A stretch of 64,000 bases of DNA from Eledone cirrhosa. Its lineage: Eukaryota. Under the pieces are notes generated by a model, which saw only the letters and a program-made list of their open reading frames with translations, did no database searches and was not told where the DNA came from. The stretch spans positions 311,426,001-311,490,000 of the forward strand of contig OZ024740.1 in the NCBI GenBank assembly GCA_964016885.1, given 5' to 3'. The position numbers and the translations under genes are program-made. Every line of letters starts with the position of its first letter. The stretch's first letter is position 1. Shown piece after piece: positions 50,720 through 64,000 of the stretch.

Positions 50720-52175
50720 GTTTAAAATTGACTCTCAATGGAAACTTCTCAATACAAATGATCTGGTCCTTATAGCCGAATCCATAAAAGAACTAGAGAA
50801 TAAGTTCAGATTATAGAAAGAGAATTTGGAGTCAAAAGGTCTGAGAGTCAACTTAGCCAAAATTAAAGTGCTATTAAGTAGTAAAGAAAATAGGACCCTT
50901 ATTCCTTCAGGGAAGTGGCTCTATTCAATATGTAAAGAATGAGTAGGTATAAACTCTGTATGATATACATAATGTAAATCTTCAATACACAAGAGATCAT
51001 CAGCATCATCATCATCGTTTAACGCCTATCTTCCATGCTAGCATGGGTTTAGACGCGAATTGTCCCACTTGAGGCAAGATTGGTTGTCTTGCTCGTATAG
51101 GACTGTCTGGCAGGTTTTCTACGGCTGGATGCCCTTCCTAACACCAACCACGTTTACAGTGTGGACTGGGAGGTTTTTACCGTGTTACCTACACGGCCAC
51201 ATTACAGTGTGGACTGTGTGGGTTTTTTTTTGTTGTGACACCTACACGACCTCATTTATTTAGGACTGGATGTTGTGGTACCAACATAACTTTACAGAGA
51301 AAGGGGTGATGTAGATGGGGGTAGGGGTAGTGGGATAGGGGTGTATTTTTGGTTAAGAGGTGCCTACTGACTGTAGGTTTCGCTTTGTACTTAGGCAAGG
51401 CAGGTCTTCTGTATTACTGCATAGCGCCAAAGATCTTGGTCCAGAGACATTGTCTTGGAGAGGTGTAAGTGTGTAGTAAGATACCAGGTAGATAAACAGG
51501 AAGGGATGACTTTATATGTAAAACATGCACAAGGGAAATCAAGGAAAAGAGTGTCAGTGATATAAATATTTTCCAATCACATGAAGGATCCATAGATTGA
51601 TAGCTTCTGCTATCTAGGTGACCTAATTAGCAGCAGAGGAAGGTGCTCCGAGAACATAATAGCTACAATAAGGATAGGATGGAAGAAGTTTAGAGAGCTA
51701 CTCCCACTGTTGACAACAAAAGGTTTCTCCCTACGTACAAAAGGACGATTGTATAATACCTGTGTGTAAAGTACAATGATGCATGGTAGTGAAACATGGG
51801 CTATGACTGGGAGGATATATGTAGACTGGAGAGAAATGAATCAATTATACTTTGTTGGATATGCAATGTAAATGTGAGAGAAAGGCAAAGCTGGGTTTAA
51901 GAGGAATCAGAATTGGTGTGCAATAGAGAAGACTGTGTTGATATGGATATGTGATGTGCATGGATGATGATTGGTGGGTGAAAAAGTGCCAGGAAATGCC
52001 AGTGGAACGGGGCCACAGTAGAAATAGACTGAAAAAGACTTGGGCAGAGATGGTGAGAGCTGACCTCAAATTGTTGAGACTCACAGAGGAAATGACAAAG
52101 AGATGTGGTAAGTGGAGAAGCACTCATCCAACCCATACAAGCGTGGAAAAATGGACGTAAAACCAATGATGATGT
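50720..52175 (+). mobile_element. RTE-like LINE remnant interrupted by an antisense copy of a related 3' end (~50996-51480)
   Basis: NDLVLIAES..KGLRVNLAK before the insert; DSFCYLGD..GWKKFRELLPLL after it; tail ggacgtaaaac..gatgatg. Confidence 0.75.
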
Positions 52176-53616
52176 GGCACCTATATTTAAATTTAAAGTG
52201 TGCATGGGAGAGGATGTTGAGCTAGATCTTAGAAATGGGGTGAAGATGAAAGGTGTGAAAACGTTTTGTTACCTAGGAGGCATTGAATGGTTAAAGTAGA
52301 TCAGGCTTAGCAACAGTATCTAGAATGAAATGCACATGGAAAAAATTCAGGGAACTGAGTGGTGTGCTAATGAGGAGGGAAGTATTGCTGAAACTGAAGT
52401 AAATGGTGCATGCTGTATGTGAGAAGTTCCATGATTTATGAAAGCAAGACATAGGTGATGATTGTGGAACAGCGGAGAAGGCTGGAAAAAATGTAAATGA
52501 GAATAGTCAGGTGGCTGAGTGGTGGAAGACAAACAATGGATTGCAAAGGATCACGAGAACCAGGGCCATATTTATTGAGGGTGGGAGGTAATGCTTTGCC
52601 CCACCTCTCATCTCTGAGCAGGGCCTCTTCTTTAGCTTCTTCCTGGTTACATGTATATATGTGTGTGTGTGTATACATATATACACATATATATATATAT
52701 AATGGGGGGCGGTGCCAACCCAAGGTCTAAATCTGGTCCTGATGAAAACAGCCAGTGATGAATGTTGTGAAGAGAAATAGAATGAGATGGTTGGGTCGTA
52801 TTGAGGAAGAATAAAGGTGACTGGATGAAATGAGTGATAGAAATAAATGTGAAAGGAAGTAGAGGAAAAGAAAAACCAAGAAAAATATGAAGATGGAAGA
52901 GGAGATGAAAACAAAGAGGATGGTTGAAGAGAGATGCAGATGATAGGGTAAAATGGAGAAGCTTGTCATTGGGCCTGCAAGGTTAACACCTTCTTTAGCA
53001 AGGAAAATGACTGCAAAATGGTTGTTGTTGTTGTTTGAGTATATATAACTATATAAATATTTCTTATTGATTTTCAGTTAAATAACTGCAATCAAGATGT
53101 GCACAGTATTCAAGAGATTTGGTGACATATATCAGCCATATATGTATATCATCATCACCACCATTTAACATACATTTTTCCATGCTAGCATGGGTTAGAC
53201 AAGTTGTCCCATTGTGAGACAAGTCAAATTAGATTACTGTGCCTTGCTCATACAGAACTGTTTCTGGCTTAGTTTCTACAGCTGGATGCCCTTCCTAATG
53301 CCAACATATTATATATATGGCAAATTTTGTCAGCAGTTGAAACCCAAATATTTTGGTCAACATGAATGTTTTAGTCACTATATTCTGGTCCAGGTAATTA
53401 GATCTGTTGGAATCCGTACATGTCTCTTGATTGTTATCCAGCTGTCTGTTCTATATAGGTGAAGCTTTCCTATAAACGAATCAATATGATGTGCTCGCTA
53501 CCATGTTTCTCACCCACATGACTCACCTTACGTTGAGCAGCTTGTAAAATACTTGATCGGTAAATTGTGTTGGCTATTCTGCCACTGCTATTAAATCGAT
53601 CTAATTCCTCAACATT

Positions 53617-53660
<44 letters not shown>

Positions 53661-53699
53661 CATACATATATACACACACATATATATATTTATACACAT

Positions 53700-53872
53700 A
53701 TAATTGTTTCTACTTTTGGCACCAGGCCTGCAATTATCCCAGTGCATTACTGGTACTTTATTTTATCAACCCCGTAAGGATGAAAGGCAAAGTTAACTTC
53801 GGCGGGATTTGAACTCAGATCATAAAGGGAGGTAACTCTATGCTTCAAAGCATGGCGCCCAATCCACCGCCC
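53700..53872 (-). mobile_element. SINE family B
   Basis: Reverse complement of the family B sequence. Confidence 0.85.
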
Positions 53873-54899
53873 TTATACACATATAATGATGGATCTTCCA
53901 TCAGTTTCAATGATGAACATTCAGTTGTTTGATCAACTGAACATTCAAGTTATGAATTGATGTGTAAGAGGTTGAGTATTTCACAGACACAAACCCAAAT
54001 GTAGTTCCTAAGTTGAATCAGCACAACACAATATGTACCTTTGAATTAGATATAACCAATCCAACAGTCTTCCACAGTTTCCATCCACCTGATTTCACTC
54101 ACAAAGCTTGAGTCAACCTGTTGCTAGGAAAAACCACTTGCCCAAGATGCCATGCAGTGGAATTGAACCCAAGACCATGTGATTGAGAAGTGGACATCTT
54201 AACCACATCCAACACTATATGTAGGCAGTCATCCTCAGCTATCAACAGAATGCTTTTTGATATATATATAGGTATGTACACACAGGTACACACACACCCA
54301 TATATATATAGGTAGTTTTGTTATGTCCTACTGTGCACATATCTTCTGCTATAACTTCAGGTTGACCAATGACTTGAGTGAAATTTAGAAGACAGAAACT
54401 ATACAGAAGCCAATCCTATATGTATACATGTGTCTACAACCCATATTTACATTTGTTTATGTTCCATAACTTTGCAGTTCAACAAAAAGATATTGATAAA
54501 TAAGCACCAAACTTGAAAAAAAATATATATCATCACCACCATTTAACATTCATTTTTTTACACTAGCATGGGTTAGACGATTGTCCCGTTGCGGGATAAA
54601 CCTGATCAGGTGACTGTGTCTGGTTCATACAGAACTGATTTTGGCTTGGTTTCTACGGTCATTACCCACGATTTATGACCGTAGGTAAGGGTTGTCACAA
54701 ATACCAAATTGAAGATAGCAAGTTTCGTTTTTACACCTACCTCCCTTATTCTGATTACAGAATGCTGGCACATTACCATACCAGCTCCTGCAATTCTTGC
54801 ACTTAATTCAGTCTCCTGCCGGGAACACAGCTCCGAGATACTTAAACTTCTCCACCTGCTTCAGTGGAACTCCATTCACATATATATATATATATAATC

Positions 54900-55200
54900 A
54901 TCATCATCATCATCATATATATCATCATCATCATCAACGTTTAACGTCCGTGTTCCACGCTTGCATGGGTTTGGACGGGGGTAGTCCCACTTGAGGCAAG
55001 AGTGATTGTCTTGCTCGCATAGGACTGTCTGGCAGGTTTTCTACAGTTGGATGCCCTTCCTAACACCAACCACATTTACAGTGTGGGTCTGGGAGGTTTT
55101 TACCGTGTTGCCTACACGGCCACATTACAGCGTGGACTGTGTGTTTTTTTGTCGTGACACCTACACGATCTCATTTGTTTCGGCCTGGATGGTGTGGCAC

Positions 55201-55205
<5 letters not shown>
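54900..55205 (-). mobile_element. LINE/SINE 3' module with (GAT)n tail
   Basis: Close match to ~51000-51285; shorter copies at ~47580, 53150, 54535, 61080. Confidence 0.75.
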
Positions 55206-55240
<35 letters not shown>

Positions 55241-55560
55241 AAGAGATGTATGTGTACTTGAATGAAGATTTTTAAACAGAGTTTTTCATGTTTTAACACA
55301 TTTTGCATATATAAAGTTATTTTTCTACTCAATAAATGATAACAATACACATAAACATTTAACACAAAGATGTAATATTAAATGGACAAAGATGTTTTCA
55401 AAAAGAAAATATATCAATATTCATTTTATCAGTCAAAATAAACTTTATAGCATTAGTGTTTCTTCCTATATATATATATATATATATAAATATATATATA
55501 TGTATATATATATATACACACACATATATCAGCAGATATAAATAAAAATAGACTGTTCAG

Positions 55561-56526
<966 letters not shown>

Positions 56527-56559
56527 CTATTAAAATACGACTAACAGTACTAATTACAA

Positions 56560-56700
56560 AGTCAATATGAGATCACAGATAGCCAACATGTAATATACCA
56601 GAAATATACATACCGGATATGTTTAGAGTTATCTGCCTTGAGTTCTGTCACTTTTAGGTGAAGTGACATAGTAAGTCCCGACAAAATAAATAACAATCTT
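56560..56700. promoter_or_regulatory. Putative ZNF330 promoter region
   Basis: Unique sequence just upstream of the ATG; ETS-like ccggat; tgtcactt/aagtgaca inverted pair. Confidence 0.3.
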
Positions 56701-56879
56701 GTTTAACTAATAAGAAGTTTTCATTTCTTTCTGAGCAAACCTCCTCAAAGTATCAAGTCATATTCTCCACTTCCGATCCCAGGAATATTTTTTTTTAACA
56801 TTATACTTTTACAGAAGTAAACCTGCCTCCCGTCTGTCACGAAGCCAGACAGTGGCACGTGACTTAATTCGATACCTTC

Positions 56880-57470
56880 TTTGTCAACCTGTACCTTTCT
56901 TGATGAGTGCACCTGCATCGGAGTGACACTGCCTCTTGGTTTCCACATGTATGAGCCATGCAAATCCCGTTGTGAAGCTATGCTCGACAAGTTCGAACTA
57001 CACCCGTTCTGTTGTTTCCACAATACAGGTTGGTTATCTCGACACGCCGCCTTGAATGACGTTAACAACTGGAGCCTGCCGGCTTCGACCGTGGAGAGGA
57101 TAAGTGCCTAGACGAGATAACACTTTTCCCGTTCAAGGAGAGTAAATCTTCCATTTGGAATGCCATATGTTGTGACGCGTTCTCCACTTCCAACCTTGTC
57201 ACTTCATCCACAAACCGGTCACCACTGCACGTAACACAGATAGGCAGAAGATATCCAAAAACTGGGATTTGACAGACCTTTTTGTGCCGTCGCCATCGAG
57301 CCCTCCGGTGTCTTCAGCCCCCAGACTGCCATTTTCCTCCGCCAAATTGGGTGGAGTGTATCTTGTCTAAGGAAGGAGCCAGTTAGGTGGAATGGCCGAT
57401 GTAGCGAGTATCACTGGCTGTTTTCTGCGACAATGTTTTTGCTAACTTGTTCGCTGGGCGCACTTAAAAT
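56880..57470 (+). pseudogene. CRE-like non-LTR endonuclease-domain remnant
   Basis: HPFCC..GWLSRHAALNDV; ITLFPFKESKSSIWNAIC; same clade as 16080-17720. Confidence 0.7.
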
Positions 57471-57753
57471 ATACCGCTTTGACGGGGGTGTATAGTTTGC
57501 CACCCCTTTACCTTCCTCTTTTATAATTATTCCCCACCTCTCTCCATTTTTCTCTCTTTCTGTTTATTATTTTCATCTTTGTATAGTTCTGTTCAACAAT
57601 TATGGAACTAAATGTCTCTATTGATTGCCATCTAATGGAAAAAAATTCTTATTTCAATTGAAATAAGACTTCCATTTCACTTAATGCCAAAATATGTTGC
57701 TGGAAAGGTCGAAAGAGGTTTATTAAATATCATCGAAAAAATAGTGTCATAAC

Positions 57754-57916
57754 TAGTGCCCGATTTACTATTGTGCTTAAGCACAGGGCCCCGTTGGCCA
57801 AGGGAGGTGGGGAATCTGCCTGTGTAGGCCTCCCGAGCCTACCTCCTTCAGGGCCCAAGTAAGGGGCCTCATAACTTAACTAGCACAGGGCCTCATTTGT
57901 CTAATATCCAGCACTG
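57754..57916. mobile_element. hAT-type MITE
   Basis: Imperfect TIRs tagtgcccgattta / taatatccagcactg; 8-bp flanks gtcataac and gtaataaa (6/8 match). Confidence 0.6.
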
Positions 57917-57929
57917 GTAATAAAGAAGC

Positions 57930-58400
57930 CCTCGCAACCCAAAACTTCCATTTGATTTAATGCACACTTTGGTCTAGAAAACAGGAACAAATATGTTAGT
58001 TTTGCTTAAAAGTTACCAAGTACATCAACGTTGAAACAACCTGATTTTTTTAGTCAATGTATCCAGTTCTAAAAGCACATTCAGTGTTGTTGGGAAGGGC
58101 AGAAGCAGTCACTGAGCCTTTGCAGCCAATTTGTTATATTTGGTATCAAATTGGGGGCCCAGTCACATCAAGTGTTGTTTTGAAGCATGGATCGGTTTCT
58201 TAATCATCATTTTGCATGTCTAATCAGACTCCATTTTAGTCAGCAGTCATTACCCCAGGTAAAGAGAAATGGCTGAGTAATCCAACTAGGGAAGCTCATC
58301 TAATTCAGATTTATGGATCTGTTTGCCAGTTCATCACAAGGGTTGGAAAGTTGTCCTGAAATTGTTTTAAAGATATTTTGATAGATCATATTTATTAAGT
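57930..58400 (-). pseudogene. hAT transposase C-terminal remnant
   Basis: FPSWITQPF..DMQND..KYNKLAAKA..LLPFPTT..ECAF across frameshifts. Confidence 0.5.
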
Positions 58401-60229
58401 TCATTAATTTATCAAGTTAGGACTAAAACTAGCCGCTGCTAAACTCTCTCTCGATTCATGTGTAAAATATTGATTTCTTAATATAGGCACAAAACCATAT
58501 GGCTCTGTGCCTATATTTTTTTAAAATCTATATTTTACATATAAATCAAGTTGAATTTGTTCTAAATTCTATAAAAGTAAGTTAGTGAGAAACATTTTAC
58601 CATTAGATAGTGTTTCAGTTAATTAGTGTGAAGCAAGTTTTTATGAAGGAAAAATATTATCAATTAAATTAACATGAATTTATCATTGGGATATATTACT
58701 TCGACACATTATAATGTACATGTCATATGAAGGTGACAGAGTGTTTGATAAAAAATGCCTCAATATTTGTTCCAACTCACTGTGCTCTGAGTTCAAATCT
58801 ACCCAAGTTCAACTATGTGTTTCATCCTTTTGAGGTGAATAAATAATATACTAGTACTGGTTGTTGATTCTTCCTTTATTTCTTTCTCTCTCTCTCTCTC
58901 TGTGAACAGTCATAATAGCAGGTTTATCTTCTTTCAGAAGTTTCAGTTTTCCCTTATGTCATCCCAACAATTTTATATATTTGAATATCATTTTCTGTCA
59001 GATACTTTTTTACCATGCTATAGATATCTTGCACAGTGGTGGTGTTTTTCAAAAATATGCAAAATAGCATTGAGAACTTAAGATAATTTGATATTCTAGA
59101 GAATCTGATAATTCTGTCTTCAAATCATCTGAAATCCTTATTATATTGATTATGTAATTATATCTATACATGTGACTAAAACAGTTAGCCCTATTTCACA
59201 CGATCTATCACGTCCTCTGTAAGTATCTCATTTCAAGTCACTTCTTACACTAACTACTTCTTTGAATGAATGAAGTAGAAAGTGTAAGAGAGCATTGTCT
59301 TCTAGCAGACAAAAATATTATCAATCTACTTGCTGTATTGTTACATAACAATGTTTCTCTATATGTAAGACTTGGTGTCCAACAGGACTCATGGTTACTT
59401 AACCTGCTGGAAATAACAAAATTTACTTTAAATCACATTAGTTTTAAATTAAAAATATATTGGACAATGTAGTTCCTGATACACAAGATTGATTGGATGC
59501 TAAACAACAAGACCTATGTATGGTCATTCGATCTGCTAGAAATAGTAGCCAATTTTCCCTCAAATTACATCCTATCTTAAATTAGGAAAAGGAAATATGG
59601 TGGGGGGTGTAGTGCTACTTAAATTTTTTTTAAAATTAATAATTTCATAAACTAGGAGAAAACTGCTCAATGTAATGGGGCAAGTGACTTTAAAACGCTT
59701 GTATATATATACATATACATACATATGGGACTCATAGGAAACACTTTCAAGATTGGATATAACCAGCACATATACTCATTTCAGTCAAGAGATAAGAGCT
59801 AATTCAGCACTGGTGATGAAGGAATGATCTATTATGCTGTTGCAGTTGATCTTTGAAAGAGAACTCTGTCTTATGTAGCTTGATAGAGGCATCAACATTG
59901 TATACAATGCTTTTTTCTTGGCATTTTGCCCTTTAGCGAGCAAAGCTTGATAGTTCAGCTCCCTTTCCTCTACATTTGTTTGAAATATTTATGCTTAATG
60001 TATCTTAAATCCACGTTTTCCATGCAGATGTAGCTCACTTTTTTTTAATCAATAGCTTATGGAATTTATAGCTGATTGGGAAGTTTTCCAACACTAATTT
60101 CTATGACAATCTTGTATAACGTCTTTCTTAGTACTGGTTACATGATAGTACCTTACCATTGTGCTCTGTAGCCTTTTTGAAGATGGTTTCATTGGAAAAT
60201 AAGACATAACTCCTTTCCTAATTATTTGT

Positions 60230-60620
60230 TGCCTACTGGTATGTGTTTGATAATATTTGGTGGGTGCTGATGTTCAGTGGGGAAGTATCAAGTTTCTTGA
60301 AGAGATTATATGATTCTGAGTTTAGTTTAAGCACAACATCCAGGAAGTTCATCATCATAAGGTTCATCTTGTCTATCACCTTCAGTTCAAATTTGTTGAA
60401 TGAATTATTCCTTTTGTGAGTGTCAGCTATACACATATTCATGGTTTGAAATTGTGTTCTTAATTTCTGTATAGACCCTTTGCTAATATCATAAAGAGAT
60501 CTGCACTCTTGTTAAATAGGCATAATTCAGATGCCATCAAAATAGGTTCTCCTTTCTTTACCCAACAAGCATTTACATTACTCTATATTTCCTATTGAAT
60601 TTTTGTGGTAAAGGCTTTAC
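60230..60620 (-). pseudogene. PLE reverse transcriptase remnant
   Basis: FNKFELKV..NL..MNFLDVVLKL..Y..FKK (NFLDV motif and thumb). Confidence 0.65.
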
Positions 60621-62275
60621 CTCACATAATTATCTGACATAATATCAAATCTATGAGATTTTGATATTATTCATTTTGAGAACAATACCTTAATATCAGT
60701 ATGAGCAGCCGGTTTGAACAGAAAGAGGTGAGAGAATTCTGGCTGGATACAGCTGGTTTAAATGCTAATGGGTTAAGTGAGAGGATCTACTGGCATATAT
60801 AATGATTTGAGGTTGCTTTGTGTGATATTGATCTTCTGGCAAAATTAATGGTTCTTAGAAGATTCTGGCTTATGGAAGGATAACCAATACCACAAAACTG
60901 GATATAAATTTCAACATTTTTGATGCCATTGAACTATGTAATGACTGATGCAGATAACTTCTTGTTAATGTTTTAAGTTTGTTTTACTAATTATACAGAA
61001 TTGGGTTTATATTGGGGTGTGATGGACTAAGTCCTCTTTACTTTGTCCACAGCACAGATTTACAAGCATATGTCATCATGATCATTTTATATCCGTTTTC
61101 CATGATGGTGTGGGCTAGACAGATCATTCAGTTTGAATAAGTTTTTGTTCGAAATTACTGCACTTATACCACATCCTCCTCACACATTCTACTTTTGATA
61201 AGGTTTCTATGGCTGGATGAACTTCCTAATGCCATATCAATACACTTGTTTTTATGTATATATATGTAGATAATTCATTTGCCTGGTTTAATTAACACCA
61301 TCAGTTGATCCTTGAATTCCTTTAGCAGAGTTCATCCTGTTGTAAGCATTCATGCCAGATTTTCAGAGTGTAAGTTTTTCATTAAAGACCTTGAGAAGGG
61401 GTGTGGGAGAGCTGCTCTTCCTCTACTAAATTATTTTCAAAATGTGATAATTATTTTCAAAATTATTGATAATGTATAGATTCTGAACTACCAACATAAG
61501 AGACATAACTAAATACTGCAAGTGTATCATTTTTACCAGTTCTGCCACTCTTCCGAAACTAAATGATAATAAATTTTAAAACAAAAGGAAAAAAATTGCT
61601 GAAATGAAAAAAATTCAGTGAAAAAATATATTTTGCTATATTCTCAATACTCATTCACTGTCACTAGCAAATCCAAAGTTAAATAGTAAATCAATTTATT
61701 ATTATTATTTCTTATTCAACTTGACAAAACAAATAAATGAGAACAATTAATGACTTTTTCCTTCCAAATTGATTTTCTTTTATAGATCACAGTTTCAGCA
61801 ATAAAAATACATCTTTTGACAGTTGTCTGGTTGAGTTTTGTTCAATACAGATGTAACTTGATCTGATCCAAGTTTACATAAATTAATGAAAGTATAGGGA
61901 GGGGGATTATTTATTTATCAGGAGTGAGTTCAAGTTTACTTATGAATGGAGAAAGAACGAATTAGTTAGAGTGTATATAGAAGAGTGTAGATGCAATTTA
62001 TAAAGAGAGGATGTATAAATGTACAGGAATGTTTTGTGTGATTGGTGTGCAAAAATGTATATTAACAAATACTGATGACACAATGAGATTGTTACTTAAA
62101 GAACAGATAATAGATGTTTAGTTGAACTGGTAAAACACATTTACTAAGTTTTATAAAATTCCATTGTAAACAGTACATACACATACACATATATATATAT
62201 ATATATAATGTATGTATAGAGAGAGACATACATAAACACACATATTTATATACAGGTAAAACCCTATACACATGC

Positions 62276-62360
<85 letters not shown>

Positions 62361-62364
62361 TAGG

Positions 62365-62650
62365 CCCTTCAGTCACAAATGACCATGGTTTTGCACTTAG
62401 AAAGTTCCCCTTCAAGGCGCAAGGTGTGTTTGTGGAAGACCAACAGTCGCTCATGCATGCCTGTCTCCCCACTCCATGCCACCAATGTTGTCCAAGGGAA
62501 AGGCAACGGCCGATACAGCTTGGCACCAATGACATCACAACTCATTTCTACAGCTGAGTGAAATAAAGTATTTTGCTCAATAACACACTGCATCGCCCGG
62601 TCCAGGATTCAAATACCCCCACTTTACAATTGTGAGCTCAATGCTCTAAC
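62365..62650 (-). mobile_element. SINE with family A head
   Basis: Minus strand gttagagcattg..ttgaatcctggaccggg..ttgagcaaaatactttatttcactcagctgtagaaatgag. Confidence 0.7.
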
Positions 62651-62986
62651 GTTTTCCCTGTTAGCAATATGTATTTATATGTATGCAGAATCAGGCACAA
62701 ATGTATATACACTTTTACACATACAATGCAACATAAAAAACATTTGTTATAACTGATTTCAAACGGGGAAAAAAAAAATAATGTAATAATTTAAGAAAAA
62801 TATAACTATTACAGGAGATTTAAAAAGACAAAAAATTGTTTTCTTCAAAATAGAATTGAGTATTCTTCAAGAATTGCTACTTTTGTTTTGAAAATTGTGG
62901 GACATACTGATTAGTATAAGTGATATCCAAATACTAATGATTCAGTATATCAATGAATAAGAAAACCTATTTCTGTTGGCCTTTAA

Positions 62987-63194
62987 CCCTTTTGATACCA
63001 ACCTGCCCAAAACTGCTTCTGGTTCTATGAAACAAAACCACCCATTTTAAAAGGTTCCCAATAAAGTAAAACCTCCCAACATATTTTCATACAAATACTA
63101 TGAAATAATTAATAGTTTTAGTAAATCCCTCCAAAATTCTTCATTTATTAAATGAAATACAGTATATTTCATTAAAAATAGGCTCATGAAAGGG
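62987..63194. mobile_element. piggyBac-type MITE
   Basis: TTAA|cccttt ... aaaggg|TTAA; left end repeated at ~44975-45025. Confidence 0.7.
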
Positions 63195-64000
63195 TTAAAT
63201 ATATGCACCTTAAGGATGTGTTATATCTGCCAACACCAACTAAAAGGCGTCTAAGAAATTTCCAGATATATTATTTTTTTAATAGCACCAAGAACATCGC
63301 TTTTCAAAAAGAAGCTACTGTGAAATCTGATTGGGTGGGTGAGAAAGGGTGGGGAGATAGAAATAAAGAGTAGAAGAAGACAAAATAATAAGAAGAAATT
63401 ACATCTAAGGCTGTAACAAAATCACAAAAAGAAAAACAGTTCCAAATTGAAATTTGGTTTCAAAAAGTCAGGAAAAGACAAACACAAAGAAAAAAGACAA
63501 GATTAGAGACGTGAAAATACAAAACGTTGTGTGAGAGAGAAAGAGAAATAATGAAAGAGCTGCTAGCTACAGAAATTGTAAGCATAAAAGACTTTAAACA
63601 CTATGTTCAGTTAAATTAAACTTTCTTTCCATAACTGAAATAATAATAAATCTAATGTAGAATCAAATCAATAAAGTGTTATTTCAGTTATCTTTATATA
63701 CACACACACATTCTTTTACTGATTTTAGTCATTGAATTGTGGCCATGCTGGGGTACCACCTTGAAGAGTTTAAGTCAACTATATTAATCCCATTTCTTAT
63801 AGACTGGCACTTAATTTATCACCCTTAGTGAGTAAAAGGCAAGCTTCATTGGGGACAGGATTTGAACATAGAATGTAACGAAATACAAGGTATTTCATCT
63901 GATGATCTACTAATTCTGCAAATGAAGAGCACAGCGTATATGCACACACATATATTCATATACACGAGCATGCATACACACATACATGTACATATACATG

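Overview
AT-rich, microsatellite-dense metazoan genomic DNA. The SINE/LINE content suggests a cephalopod such as octopus (inference, not verified). One intact host gene is supported: an intronless ZNF330/NOA36 CDS at 55561-56487 (-). The rest is mostly decayed mobile DNA: many Penelope-like element (PLE) fragments and pseudo-LTRs (pLTRs) in (TA)n tracts, two Helitron families (one with a broken Rep/PIF1 ORF, one non-autonomous with a GC-rich ~175-bp satellite), RTE, CRE, L1/Tx1 and CR1-like LINE pieces, a Gypsy gag remnant, a hAT remnant, MITEs and many tRNA-derived SINEs. Most notable: several minimal type I hammerhead ribozyme motifs in PLE pLTRs (cleanest at 8100-8145), a CpG-rich 27-bp minisatellite made of NRF1-type GCGCATGCGC palindromes (25027-25524), and a LINE 3' region with a 48-bp VNTR and a tail shared with SINEs. 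I found no clear new protein-coding system. Family names come from motif recognition by eye, and TE boundaries are approximate.
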